Below are positions 36,082-46,441 of a stretch of DNA of 64,000 bases, in pieces (position 1 is the first letter of the stretch; the number at the start of each line of letters is the position of its first letter). Where the stretch lies: the NCBI GenBank assembly GCA_964019335.1, contig OZ025652.1:839677-903676 (forward strand). Reading direction: 5' to 3'. The notes below the pieces were generated by a model. The model was not told the DNA's origin, searched no databases, and was given only the letters and a program-made list of their open reading frames with translations. A program made the translations under genes and the position numbers. The DNA is from Diplonema japonicum. Its lineage: Eukaryota > Protista > Euglenozoa: Diplonemea.

Positions 36082-37262
36082 ATGGAAGGAAAGGTCATAT
36101 CAGGGATAGTGCAGAAATGGTTCCCTCACAAGGGGTACGGCTTCGTCAAGGGTGATGATGGCACCGAGGCATTTGTGTACATTGACTCGATAATGGGTGG
36201 TTGCAGGTTGCAGGAAGGCAGTTTGGTTACGTTCCAAATGAGCAACGAGCTGCCGAAGTCAAAAAAAGGAAGAGATTCAGGCAAGCAGGCAGCGATCTGT
36301 GTGTCTGGACCTGGTGTCGTGATGCGCACTGCTGGGGCACTGGTGGGGAAGGTGAGCGATTGGAACCTCGCCAAGGGCTATGGCTTTATCGAGGCGACCG
36401 ACGGGAGCAAGGTTTACGTTCACCAGACCGCATTTGACGGTGCTCGACTTGAAGTTGGTCAGGCTGTGACCTACGACAAAGAGGACGTGGGCCATACCAG
36501 TGGGAGGGCGGTAGCAATCAACGTGGGAGGCCCTGCAGTAAAGCTTCAGGGTGCCACCAAGTGTGCGGTGAAGTCCTGGTTCCCGAAGGGTTACGGGTTC
36601 GTTGAGGATGAGAACGGAACGCAGATTTTTGTTCACCAGACTGCCATTGGCGGCGGGTGGCTCAGCGTCGGGAAGGAGGTATGTTTTGGTCTACGCACAA
36701 CTTCACAACAGGTGTACTGTGACGTCGAAACTAGGGGCGTAGGCGAGGAAGAGAAGCTCCAAGCAATCAACGTGTCGGGTGCAGGCATCATGTCTACTAC
36801 TGACAATAACAACCAGCAGTGGGGCGCCCAGCAAAATAGCAGCACTAACAACAACTGGTCCAAAGGCGGAAGGAAGGCTGGGGGCGGGGGCAAGGGGACC
36901 AAGCAATTTAATCAACAAGAATCACCAGAAGAAGTGAGACAAGACACTGATGGCAACTGGTATACAAAGACGCAGTTCATTTTGCAATATGGCAGCACAG
37001 CGGTATGTACAATGTGTCATGTATCATATCACCATAGGAATGGGATGCAAGACCCACACAGCAGCAACAGCAGCAGATGCAGCTCCAACTGCAGCAGTTC
37101 CAACAGCTCCAACAACTGCAGCCCCAGTTCTCGGTTATGCCCAACTTCAACCTTCAGGCTGTGGGTGCTAGGTTTTCCCCGTATTCCGGGAATGTGGGAG
37201 GCGGCAAGAAGGGCGGAAAGAAAGGTGGGAAAAAGGGGAAGAAGGGGGGCAAGAGTTTCTAG
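36082..37262 (+). CDS. Triple cold-shock-domain nucleic-acid-binding protein with Gln-rich and GGKK tail; introns 36679-36711, 37003-37037
   Basis: Three W...KGYGF(V/I)....G...(F/Y)V(H/Y) units. Splicing joins the in-frame QQ-rich/GGKKGGKK exon ending at 37262. Confidence 0.88.
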
Positions 37263-37381
37263 AGTTCCATAGCTTCATACGTTATACAACAGTCATGTAG
37301 TGTGGAGGGGCTGGGGGAAGCCCTACATCTTTGATTTATTTTACATTTGCTACCCTCCCACATCACTGATCACAGGATAAG

Positions 37382-38974
37382 ATGCCCGTCTTATTTGCAG
37401 AGAAGGATCCATGCAGTATGTACACGGAATGCTGCGAGAGTCGGAAAGTCAAGGCCCCGAACAAAACAATATTGAAAGAGCTTAAAAAATACTCAAGTCT
37501 GCATGATGTGGAGGAGATGGATTTGAGCACGAACTACGTGGGTACAAAACAGCTGATGGCTCTGGCTGACTTCGCTGAGAAGTGCAAAAAGCTGGATACA
37601 TTGGTGGCGTCTGGTTTGTGCTGCTACCACTCTGACTTAGGGGGTATCTGGAACGGTACTAAGGAAGGGGAAGTGCCAACGGGAAACGAGGCATGGTCAC
37701 ATCTGTTGGAAGTAGTAAAAAAGCACCCTAGTCTGACGTCGTTGGATATCAGCAACAACGACTGTGGCCCGTTGATCGGCAGACTGCTGGAGGACACCAT
37801 CAAGACGAACGAGAACATCGTCGACGTGAAACACAGCAACGTGTTGATTGACACCGACACCCTGCAGGCAATTGACAAGAATGTCGAGAAGAACGTCAAA
37901 CTATTCTTTGAATCCCATCAAGGTGACACAAACACTTCGGCTTTCACCGCCGACAGCAACGATCCTTTCGCGGAGTCCTCCCCCACCGCCTTCTCTTTCG
38001 GTGAAGAACCTAAAGAAGCCACAGAAGCCCAGCATGATTCTTGCGAGGCCGTTCAAATAGTCAAAGACCACAGGAAGACAAAGAAAACGGACATAGGAAG
38101 GCGGGTTAGCAGAAGCACTGCATCCTTCAATCCTGAAGAAGTTAAGGATTTTGAAGCACCAGTCCACACCAAATCACCTTCAGAAATGACAATGCTGAGG
38201 GAGCTGCTGAAGCGGAACCTTCTCTTTGCACACTTACATGAAGCAGAGCTAAAGACGGTGGTGATGGCTCTCTTTAAGAAATCCTACAAGGACAAGGAGG
38301 TGATTATGAATCAGGGTGACGAGGGCGACAACATGTACACGATATCAAAGGGCACTGTCGACATTGTGGTGGAGGGCAAGAAAGTGGCGCAGCGCTCGGA
38401 AGGTGTCTCCTTTGGCGAGCTGGCGTTGATGTATAACACACCCAGGTCGGCAACTGTAGTTGCAGATGGTGAGGTGGATACGTGGGGCATTGACAGGGAG
38501 ACATACCGGAACATCGTGATGTCCGTTTCCATCAAAAGGAGAAATGAGTACCAAGAGGTTTTGGTCACAATTCCTTTCCTCTCGTCACTCACACAGTATG
38601 AGAGGCTGCAACTGGCAGACGCCTTGGAGACGATGGAGTGGGAGAATGGTGACGTGATCATGCGATTCAACGAGCCTGGCGAGTACATGTACATCGTGCT
38701 GGAAGGGACGGTCGAAGTTGTAGGCAGGGAGGGATCAAAGAAGGTACAGGTGTGTCGCTTTGAACGTGGCAAGCACTTTGGGGAGCTGGAGTTCCTGAAT
38801 AACCATCGCACTGTTGCTGATGTCATTGCAGTGGGTAAAACAAAGACAGTGCGCTTGAACAGGAAACATTTTGAGCTGTGCTTGGGCCCAATCAAAGAAA
38901 TCCTTAGACGTAATATCCACTCGGGAGACTATGCCTACTACAGACAACACGCTGATAAGTTGGATCTCAACTGA
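37382..38974 (+). CDS. PKAR: Euglenozoan-type PKA regulatory subunit (N-terminal LRR, RRVS inhibitor site, two CNB domains)
   Basis: LRR (EMDLSTNYVG, LTSLDISNN), GRRVS, CNB-A FGELALMYNTPRSATV, CNB-B FGELEFLNNHRTVADV, C-terminal DYAYY. Confidence 0.92.
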   Translation: MPVLFAEKDPCSMYTECCESRKVKAPNKTILKELKKYSSLHDVEEMDLSTNYVGTKQLMALADFAEKCKKLDTLVASGLCCYHSDLGGIWNGTKEGEVPTGNEAWSHLLEVVKKHPSLTSLDISNNDCGPLIGRLLEDTIKTNENIVDVKHSNVLIDTDTLQAIDKNVEKNVKLFFESHQGDTNTSAFTADSNDPFAESSPTAFSFGEEPKEATEAQHDSCEAVQIVKDHRKTKKTDIGRRVSRSTASFNPEEVKDFEAPVHTKSPSEMTMLRELLKRNLLFAHLHEAELKTVVMALFKKSYKDKEVIMNQGDEGDNMYTISKGTVDIVVEGKKVAQRSEGVSFGELALMYNTPRSATVVADGEVDTWGIDRETYRNIVMSVSIKRRNEYQEVLVTIPFLSSLTQYERLQLADALETMEWENGDVIMRFNEPGEYMYIVLEGTVEVVGREGSKKVQVCRFERGKHFGELEFLNNHRTVADVIAVGKTKTVRLNRKHFELCLGPIKEILRRNIHSGDYAYYRQHADKLDLN

Positions 38975-39181
38975 TAGTCTGTTTTGGCTTAATACGTTCA
39001 TAGTGCTCGTCCTATTTTCAGTGTATTTGTAAGTTAAGCTGCAATTTTTCTCTTGTTTATTATGTTCTTTCCTCCGTCTGAATAAGGCTGCCGGGGTTTG
39101 TTGCTTGATTTCTTTTAGTTTCTGTGTTTTTTGTACTATTCTTTTCCCCCTTGCCACCTTCACTCCCTGCAGGGATGTGCC

Positions 39182-40957
39182 ATGTCATCGGTGTCGTCTG
39201 TGGGTATATATGACCCAAATGCAAGATGCACGGATAGTGCTTGCTGTGCTTTGTCGTTTATGTTCCTGGTAGGCTGGTCTCTTGCAGTGTGGTACAGCAT
39301 ACGTGAAGGCGACACTGTGCGACTCATCAGACCTCACGATTATGAGGGCAACGTGTGTGGTGGGGGCCATGGGATGGAAAGCAAGGAGTTTAAATTTACA
39401 CCGGATGTGGCGATGGAAGACTTGACCTTCTGCGTTGAGCTGTGCCCACAGCTCGACGAGGTGATATGCAGGAATGAGTACAGCAACAACTCACACATGG
39501 AGGCCAGCGAGCTAGAATGGCTTGTGGAGGTAAGAGACTGCTTCGTGGCTACCTACACCACAGTGCCCTTCCTGTTCCGATGCCTTCCTCTTTCCAATTC
39601 ATCACTCGACAGTGGGCTGCTTCTAGATGCCTACATGGAAGTGCAGGCTTCGCGCCTAACAATCGCGCTTGCTGCACTAGCAGCGCTTGGTGTCTCATTC
39701 CTATGGCTTTTCTTCTCTTTCGCCTTACCCCTCACTTCACATGTCACAGCGCTGGTAGGCAACTTGCTGCTTCTTGGCTACGCATTGTGGAGGTGTTGGA
39801 TCAATTGGCATCGAAATGGTAAAGTCGATAAAGTGGAAGGCATCTACGAGATGGCTTTCTGGGTCCTCAGTTTACTTGGGCTTGGTTACTTGATATTCAT
39901 GTTGAAATTTACGTGCAAGCTAAAGTTGGCAGCGGAGGTTACGAGCTTAGCAGTGCGCTTTGTGATGTCATCACCAGTTCCCCTTGCCACTGCTGTGGTA
40001 TTTGACTGTCTGATCATCGGCCACCTTGGGCTCTGTTTGTACGTAGCTTTTCTGATGGCATCTTTGGGAACCAGAGAGGAGACCTTCCTCCCTACAAACA
40101 GCACTCTGGGGGGGTATAACGTCACGATATACGAAAACAGCAACAGACAGTACTACTTACAAGGCTACGGTCTTTTAGCTCTTTTCTGGGTGACTAATTT
40201 ACTTGGTTCACTTGCGTTTATCCTCATTAGTAAGCAGCTAACTTCTTGGTACTTCTCGGAGCCGATGCTAAGCAGCGCACCCAAGGCCATTACAACAGTT
40301 GGTTTGGGAAGCATGCTCCGCCACTCAGGAACCGTGTGTCTTGGAAGCTTCTTGTCCTTCATGTTCGGATGGTGTGTCAGCCTTATCAATGTATTTCGCA
40401 GCAGCGGGACGCAAATCGTGGCTCTCGATAGGTCTGTCTACTGTGTTGTGATCCTGATGAACACATCCTTCTTCGATAGTATCAGCCTGGTAAAGGGAAG
40501 ATTCCGCGTGCAGTTTTATTCTCTAGGTCCTTTAATAGGTGCGACCCAGGCATGCTTCGGTCTGTGCAAGTTATTCGTGGCATCAGGTGTTTCTTTGGGA
40601 ATGTGGACATTGTTGCTTGAGGAGCAGTGGTCAGCGGACTCAACTGTAGAATATGGTGTGTTCGTGTTGTTAGTGATGTGGATCACGAGCTATGTCGTGG
40701 CTGCAGTGGTGCTGAGTATTGTCGATGTGGCGAGCAAGTCTTTGCTGACACTTTACCTCATTGACTCAGAGAGCAAATACTCGCAGCATTACGCACCAGA
40801 CAAGCTTGCAGATTTCATGGAGCGGCACCTGAAGGGTCCTAGCGAAGCATACCAAACAGATCAGCAAGAGCTCAGCAGCAACATAGACGACAAACCGCAT
40901 GAAGACTTGGTGCTAACAGCATCACTGCCACGGCAGGCATGGGATTCAAAGGATTAG
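39182..40957 (+). CDS. Choline transporter-like (CTL/SLC44) protein
   Basis: RCTDSACC, RLIRPHDYEGNVCG, FCVELCP, FRCLP, RHSGTVCLGS; multi-pass TM. Confidence 0.85.
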   Translation: MSSVSSVGIYDPNARCTDSACCALSFMFLVGWSLAVWYSIREGDTVRLIRPHDYEGNVCGGGHGMESKEFKFTPDVAMEDLTFCVELCPQLDEVICRNEYSNNSHMEASELEWLVEVRDCFVATYTTVPFLFRCLPLSNSSLDSGLLLDAYMEVQASRLTIALAALAALGVSFLWLFFSFALPLTSHVTALVGNLLLLGYALWRCWINWHRNGKVDKVEGIYEMAFWVLSLLGLGYLIFMLKFTCKLKLAAEVTSLAVRFVMSSPVPLATAVVFDCLIIGHLGLCLYVAFLMASLGTREETFLPTNSTLGGYNVTIYENSNRQYYLQGYGLLALFWVTNLLGSLAFILISKQLTSWYFSEPMLSSAPKAITTVGLGSMLRHSGTVCLGSFLSFMFGWCVSLINVFRSSGTQIVALDRSVYCVVILMNTSFFDSISLVKGRFRVQFYSLGPLIGATQACFGLCKLFVASGVSLGMWTLLLEEQWSADSTVEYGVFVLLVMWITSYVVAAVVLSIVDVASKSLLTLYLIDSESKYSQHYAPDKLADFMERHLKGPSEAYQTDQQELSSNIDDKPHEDLVLTASLPRQAWDSKD

Positions 40958-41048
40958 CTTTTTACAAGGCAATTTAACAAAGTTTATTTTTGTATTGTGT
41001 TATTCCTCCGATGCTCAGCCCGCAAGATGCACATTAATCACAGGAACA

Positions 41049-43025
41049 ATGAGCCGGACATCGAAGGAGAAGGATGCAATATCTATGGCTTCTTCGCTGG
41101 AATGGCAGGAAGCTAAAGATTTCCTCACTAGCCCCGACATGAGCAAGGGTCATGAAATAGACTACGAGACAATCTTGCCCAGTCTGGAAACTGTTGGGAG
41201 CTCGCTAGGAGTCTCTGCTGTTGCCGACACGGTGTACGAAGAGGAGCTGGCTACGAAGCCTGTTGTGAACGAGATAGTGGTAAAGGGCAAGGATATAAAG
41301 TACTACAGCACAGAGCAATGCAACCAAAACTTGTTGCTGAAGGCGGCTGTTGCAGAAACGGAAGAGCTCCTTACAACGTTGCACCAGCTCCAAGAAGAAC
41401 AGGTCTCAAATTCTCGTGCGCTTCTTGCAGAAAGGAACCAAAACAGAAAAGCACGTGTTAAAGAGTTCGACAGCGGCTACAGATGGGCCGAGCCCTCCGA
41501 CCACACTGCTCGCAGCTTGGTAGGGGACCTTAAGTTGAACGTGACTGTCGAAGAGGTAGCTACGTATGGTGAGATCAGTCACCCTCAACTGATTCCTGTT
41601 GCATCTTCCTTGGAAGATCTGCTCCACGAGAACCATACGACGGCCAAGAAAAATCAGATGCAAGAAACCGTTGAAGGCATCATGTTGGCATATCTCCAGA
41701 ACTGCGACTCGAAAACAACGGGTCACTTATTCTCCACATCCCTAAAGTTGCACGATCTCATCCACACTGATGTTTTGCAGTACATCAAAGGCGAGTTGGC
41801 CACAAGCGGTGATAAGATGAAAGTCTATCTCGAGGAGCTGGGGCAGGTGGAGATTGAACAAGAAGAAGCACAACAAGCTGAAGACATCCTGAAGATCGAT
41901 ACTTCGCATCAAGCAGCTATTGACATTCTAGAGAGACTCATCGGCTGCATTAGGAACAGACTCAGCCAAATCAGACTGGGGGGTAATGACACAGGCACTT
42001 ATAGAGGTAAGTTTGAACAATACACAAACGAAGGCGGGGAAACACTAAAGGAGTTGAGAACGGTAAAGGAGCAACTCAAGGGACAGATCATGAAAGACTT
42101 GGAAGTGCTTGCCACGCATGGCGAGAACGAAGCTCAAAAAAATGCAAGAGCACTGTCAGCTTTCTCCGAACAGCAGAAGGAGAGCAACCTTTTGTTGCAA
42201 GAGTACGCCAAACAGCAGGATGACATCTGGGCGAAGATAGAGCTGATGGTTAGCGAAGTGAAGCTGATTGGCGACAAACGAGCTGTAGAAGTTATGTGCC
42301 ACTTGAAAGCAACTGAAGAAGAGGAGAAAAGGAAGAGGGAGTATGCAGAGTTCAGTGAGGTGTTCGCCGATCACTGCAGGCTTATGGAAGACCTGTTGAA
42401 GCACACCGAGACGTCACTCAAGATGCTGGGCCACTTCGGTGATTACTTCAAGAAGGGCAGCGACCTCATCAATTCAAAAGATGTTGAAGATGAGTTCCAA
42501 GACATCCGTGTGTTGGAGTTGAAGAGGTATCTGGAGTTCTTCAGAAGATTTTCGCTTAAGACGAACGATCTTTTATTCAAACGAAAGGCACGCTTAGCTG
42601 GCATTAAGCGTTTGGTAAGAAACGCCGAAGCACAGCTCCAGTTTTGCCAAGAGTCCTTGGACCCACATAAGAACAAGTACAAAGAAGAGCTTGTCAACCT
42701 CTCGCGTGCAGAGACCGATATCAAAGACCAGTTGGGAGAGCTAGCACGCCGCCTCAGGAAACAAGAGGAGGACTTTAAGCCAACGGAGGACCTCCTCGAG
42801 GAGATGAACGTTGACTTCACACCACCAGGGTTGGAGAATAAGGAACTCGAGACGCACAGACGGCAGATTTTGCTGAAGCTGAGCAAAGCAATCGTAGGGA
42901 AGGAACAGGACGAAGTCGACAAGGAGGCCACAGACTTGAGAAAACTGAACACAGATATGAAATTAGGGAAAGAAATCATCCTTAAAAAACGCGAATCACG
43001 AAAAAGACAAGCAGTCCGAAAGTAA
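41049..43025 (+). CDS. Divergent paraflagellar-rod-family protein
   Basis: C-terminal half parallels PFR (LEFFRRF...FKRKARL...QLQFCQESLDPHKNKY...FKPTEDLL....VDFTPP). ATG follows CACAG. Confidence 0.75.
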   Translation: MSRTSKEKDAISMASSLEWQEAKDFLTSPDMSKGHEIDYETILPSLETVGSSLGVSAVADTVYEEELATKPVVNEIVVKGKDIKYYSTEQCNQNLLLKAAVAETEELLTTLHQLQEEQVSNSRALLAERNQNRKARVKEFDSGYRWAEPSDHTARSLVGDLKLNVTVEEVATYGEISHPQLIPVASSLEDLLHENHTTAKKNQMQETVEGIMLAYLQNCDSKTTGHLFSTSLKLHDLIHTDVLQYIKGELATSGDKMKVYLEELGQVEIEQEEAQQAEDILKIDTSHQAAIDILERLIGCIRNRLSQIRLGGNDTGTYRGKFEQYTNEGGETLKELRTVKEQLKGQIMKDLEVLATHGENEAQKNARALSAFSEQQKESNLLLQEYAKQQDDIWAKIELMVSEVKLIGDKRAVEVMCHLKATEEEEKRKREYAEFSEVFADHCRLMEDLLKHTETSLKMLGHFGDYFKKGSDLINSKDVEDEFQDIRVLELKRYLEFFRRFSLKTNDLLFKRKARLAGIKRLVRNAEAQLQFCQESLDPHKNKYKEELVNLSRAETDIKDQLGELARRLRKQEEDFKPTEDLLEEMNVDFTPPGLENKELETHRRQILLKLSKAIVGKEQDEVDKEATDLRKLNTDMKLGKEIILKKRESRKRQAVRK

Positions 43026-43287
43026 GTACTCTGGAAACAGAGCCAACCAGCTTTGAAAGGTAAATTAAATAGACAGTAGCTACGAGATGCAAATTTATTA
43101 CAGCGTTGCTTTACAGCTTACGTTCCACCTTTTAGTGCGGGCGGGTACTACTCATTTGTTTATTTAAAATACTTTCTCACCCGTAGACCTCATTCAGGCA
43201 AACGAAACTTAAAAAATGTCCCTCGTGTTGCAATGTTGCCGGGTATGCATTGTGTGGACGGAAGTTCGGTAAATTGCAAAGAGGGAC

Positions 43288-43386
43288 GTCGGGGATGTGC
43301 TGCGTCGGCTGGTGGGAAAATCCCTTGTGAAGAAGATTGCTCCGGAAGTGGCCTCTTCGTACCTGAAGAAAGGCGGCCGGGTGGGG
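43288..43386 (+). pseudogene. Short reverse-transcriptase fragment (CRE/SLACS-like non-LTR element)
   Basis: VGDVLRRLVGKSLVKKIAPEVASSYL resembles the RPIAVGE.LRRL.GK motif of non-LTR RTs. Confidence 0.55.
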
Positions 43387-43407
43387 GGATGGTCCCTGCT
43401 GGATGGA

Positions 43408-43861
43408 GGCGGCTATACACACCATCAGTTTCATTGCCAGATACTCTTTCATTTGTTCCTGACTAAACACCGAAGCTTTTTTCACCTCATGGCCGTCTTC
43501 AAAGCGCTTCAAAAGAAGTGCAACCCTGGGAAAGCTCTGCACTTTTTTACCGAAGTTTCGTTGGATGATGGCGTTGATCTTGCTGTAACTTGCCCAAATG
43601 CTCGTTGCAGCGAAGCCGTTGTCCTTTACATCTTGGAATACAGTACTAACTCATCTTCCGTCGGGCTTTTCGATCTTGATGTTCTGAAGTTGTGAAAAGA
43701 GCAAAAGTGCCACTCTGGCGCTAAAAACTCCCCTAGGTGAAATTAGGTGCAGGACATATTTCACGCTCGAACATTATTTCACTCCTGCACCTAATTTCAA
43801 GGTAAACTGGGAGTGAAAATAAAGCTGGGTGTGACATAATGTAAAATCTTATTTTTACTCC
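43408..43861 (-). mobile_element. Degenerate Crypton-like tyrosine-recombinase element (5' end plus N-terminal coding remnant 43408-43670)
   Basis: Minus strand reads PTEDELVLY/(frameshift)KDNGFAATSIWASYSKINAIIQRNFGKKVQSFPRVALLLKRFEDGHEVKKASVFSQEQMKEYL. Perfect 17-bp inverted repeat at 43738-43754/43783-43799. The catalytic domain is absent. Confidence 0.7.
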
Positions 43862-44090
43862 GAACGCCTTATGTTCTGTCTCGCCTCTTCCCTTCCCTCT
43901 CATGTCACTGTAAGAAATTGCAAGAAAACGAAAGAGAAAAAAAATATTAGAAAAAAGAGAGGGAAAGAAGAAACCTCGGTCGATTCTTTCGATTAGTCCC
44001 GGGGCTTCCTCCGACCCCCTTTTTTTTTGACACTATCTCTTTCATCATAAAAAACTTCTTTTTGGCGGTGATTTCTCCCTCTCTCTTTTT
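43862..44090 (+). repeat. Duplicated non-coding block, copy 1 (upstream of the LVIVD gene)
   Basis: gaacgccttatgttctgtctc...gaagaaacctcggtcgattcttt...ttagtcccggggcttcc recurs at 57572-57835. Confidence 0.9.
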
Positions 44091-44095
44091 TTTAA

Positions 44096-44361
44096 GGTGG
44101 TGGGGATAACATGGAAATATAAGAAGTACATCAGATGTGTTGTTCGCTGTTGACCTCCTCGTCGGTCATCACCGGTAGCGCCCGAGTGGAAGAACGTAAC
44201 GCGGATGCTCAGGGTGACGAACAGGCAAGCTGCACGAGCGCAGAATCTTGGTTACCCGGGACGCCCCGGTTAGGGTTGAGCACACCGCACGCATTAAGGA
44301 CACGACGCGGAACGCGGAAGAAGCTACAGCACGGCCGAGGAGCGCCCCCTGTAATCAAGTA
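44096..44361 (-). repeat. Dispersed ~280-bp repeat, copy 2
   Basis: Homologous to 7068-7344; adjacent to a T run. Confidence 0.85.
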
Positions 44362-44505
44362 TTTTGTTCGTGCTTCGTTGCACGCTTAACGCCACCTAGT
44401 GTTGCAAGCAAAGCCCCATTTTTTTTTTTTTTATTCGTCGTCTTTTTTTTTTTTGGCGGGCCGTTGCTAACCACTTGGTTCCTATCATAGTGAATTTTTT
44501 TATTG

Positions 44506-44547
44506 ATAAAATTTCAGTGAGCACCCCCATGCACACTGAAATTTTAT
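44506..44547. promoter_or_regulatory. Conserved hairpin motif, copy 1 (ATAAAATTTCAGTG-a-GCA-ccccca-TGC-a-CACTGAAATTTTAT)
   Basis: Perfect 14-bp outer stem plus a 3-bp inner stem. Recurs at 46584 and 58252. Function unknown. Confidence 0.6.
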
Positions 44548-44696
44548 TTTTTTTTTCGAGTTTTTATTGACAGACCTGAAGGCCACACCCATCTTTTCGT
44601 CTTCATCTTCCTCTCCTTCTCTACCTCTCTTTTTATTCTTTCTAAAATATTAAAAGTATGGAATAAACCTCTTTCAGGTAAAACCAAAAAAAAAAA

Positions 44697-44728
<32 letters not shown>

Positions 44729-44734
44729 AAAGAA

Positions 44735-46393
44735 ATGCTGGGCCGAATCCTGTTGTTGTGGTTGTTCGCTGTTGTGGTTGTTGGTGGGACCGCCGAGGAG
44801 CTAGCACGGATCGGCGGGGTGGGCCCGCTGGCGGGGGAGACCTCTGCGGACCTGGCGAGGTCGGGGGACCACACTTTCAGCGTGATGACGGACGATACGG
44901 TGAGGATCACGAATGTGGCAGACAAGGGAAACCCTGTGGAGGTAGGGATGCTAAAGCACAGCAGCGGGAGGGCAGCCTCTGTGCTGACGGACGGGAACCT
45001 GCTGTACGTGTCGTACCTGCACGCACTGATCGTCTACGATCTGCACCCGGACCCCGCTGCCCCAAGGATGCTGCACACCTTCCTTCCCCCTCCCGACGCC
45101 GACCTGAACTTCTGGCGTGGGATGACCCAGTCTGCCAACCACATCTACGTGTCGTACTTCCACAGCCCCACCACCACCGAGTCCCTGTACGTGCTTGCGA
45201 AGGGGACTCTCATGCAGGTGGGGGTTTCGGTGTTGTCGACGACAGGCTCCTTCGTGCTGGACATGACCTACGCGGACAGGAAGGTGTACGCGACCACAGA
45301 GCAGCTCACCCCCCAGGGCAGCGTCTCTGTGCTGGACGTGTCGGACCCCACGAACCCCCACGAGGAGTCTTCCTTCGCAACGCCGGACATCGACTTCAAC
45401 AGGGTTGTGTTCCACGAGGGCTTCCTGTACATCAGCAGGGTCGACACCAGCACGGACATGCCGCTGAAAATAAACCCGACGACAGGGGCCCCCGTGGCGA
45501 TGACGATGCCTGCCTTCGTGAACGATTGCGGGGATATCCGCTTCTACAACTCGAGGGTGTACCTTGCCTGCTCCAACAACGGCCTCATTGTGTTGGAGGA
45601 GACGGCGCCCAACACCTTCACCCTCCTTGCAAGGGACGAGGCGAGGTCCCCCTTCACCCTCCTGCCCAGCGGCGGCTACCTTTTCGTGAGCGACGTGACG
45701 GACAGGCTTGCGATCTACGACATCCCGGATGCGGCTGTGGAGCTTGTTGAGGGCATCGCACCTTTTGCGAAGCAGGTTGTAGACTCCTCTGCTGCTGCTG
45801 TGGAGGACAAGGTGAGCGGGCAACGCTGGGAGAGGATCCCCGAGTGGCTTGCAGGGTCGACAGCGTACATGGGGGTTCACGGGGGCAAAGGGATGTCCCT
45901 GAGACTGTCGTGTCCCGCGACCGAGAAGAACCACCACCACTACTACTACCCCTGTACCTTCTACGTGACACTGCACAACTGCCTCCCGTGCAGCTCCTCT
46001 ACCAACGGAGGCCTCCCGAAGGAGTTGCTGGAGGCTGGCTTCGAGGCTGCGGGCTGCGGGCCGAGGTACATCCCGATCTTCCCCGGTGCCCCCGATGATG
46101 TCCGCAACCACCCTGCCGCAATCTTCAAGCTGCAGGTGGAGAGAGGTACGGAAGCCATTGAGCTGCCCGTGTCGAGGGAACTCCTCCACGTCGCGGTGTT
46201 CGTGCACTCCGCTGGACAGCAGTGCTCCTTGAAGAACGCCGAGGCGTGCGCCGCAGCCTCCCGGGTATGCGAGTACGACAGGAAGAAGAAGAAGTGCATG
46301 GACAAGCCGATGTGCCCCACGAGGACAGGCCCTCAACCACCCACAGGGCCACAGGGGCGCAGGTGCATGTGTTTCGCCCTCCCGTTGTTCTGA
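44735..46393 (+). CDS. Secreted LVIVD-repeat (beta-propeller) protein with Cys-rich C-terminal domain
   Basis: Signal peptide; LYVSYLHALIVYDL, VSVLDVSDPTNP, VYLACSNNGLIVLE, YLFVSD..RLAIYDI; C-terminal CLPCSSSTNGGLP...CGPRY. Confidence 0.85.
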   Translation: MLGRILLLWLFAVVVVGGTAEELARIGGVGPLAGETSADLARSGDHTFSVMTDDTVRITNVADKGNPVEVGMLKHSSGRAASVLTDGNLLYVSYLHALIVYDLHPDPAAPRMLHTFLPPPDADLNFWRGMTQSANHIYVSYFHSPTTTESLYVLAKGTLMQVGVSVLSTTGSFVLDMTYADRKVYATTEQLTPQGSVSVLDVSDPTNPHEESSFATPDIDFNRVVFHEGFLYISRVDTSTDMPLKINPTTGAPVAMTMPAFVNDCGDIRFYNSRVYLACSNNGLIVLEETAPNTFTLLARDEARSPFTLLPSGGYLFVSDVTDRLAIYDIPDAAVELVEGIAPFAKQVVDSSAAAVEDKVSGQRWERIPEWLAGSTAYMGVHGGKGMSLRLSCPATEKNHHHYYYPCTFYVTLHNCLPCSSSTNGGLPKELLEAGFEAAGCGPRYIPIFPGAPDDVRNHPAAIFKLQVERGTEAIELPVSRELLHVAVFVHSAGQQCSLKNAEACAAASRVCEYDRKKKKCMDKPMCPTRTGPQPPTGPQGRRCMCFALPLF

Positions 46394-46408
46394 ATTGGCG
46401 TGTTCGTC

Positions 46409-46441
<33 letters not shown>

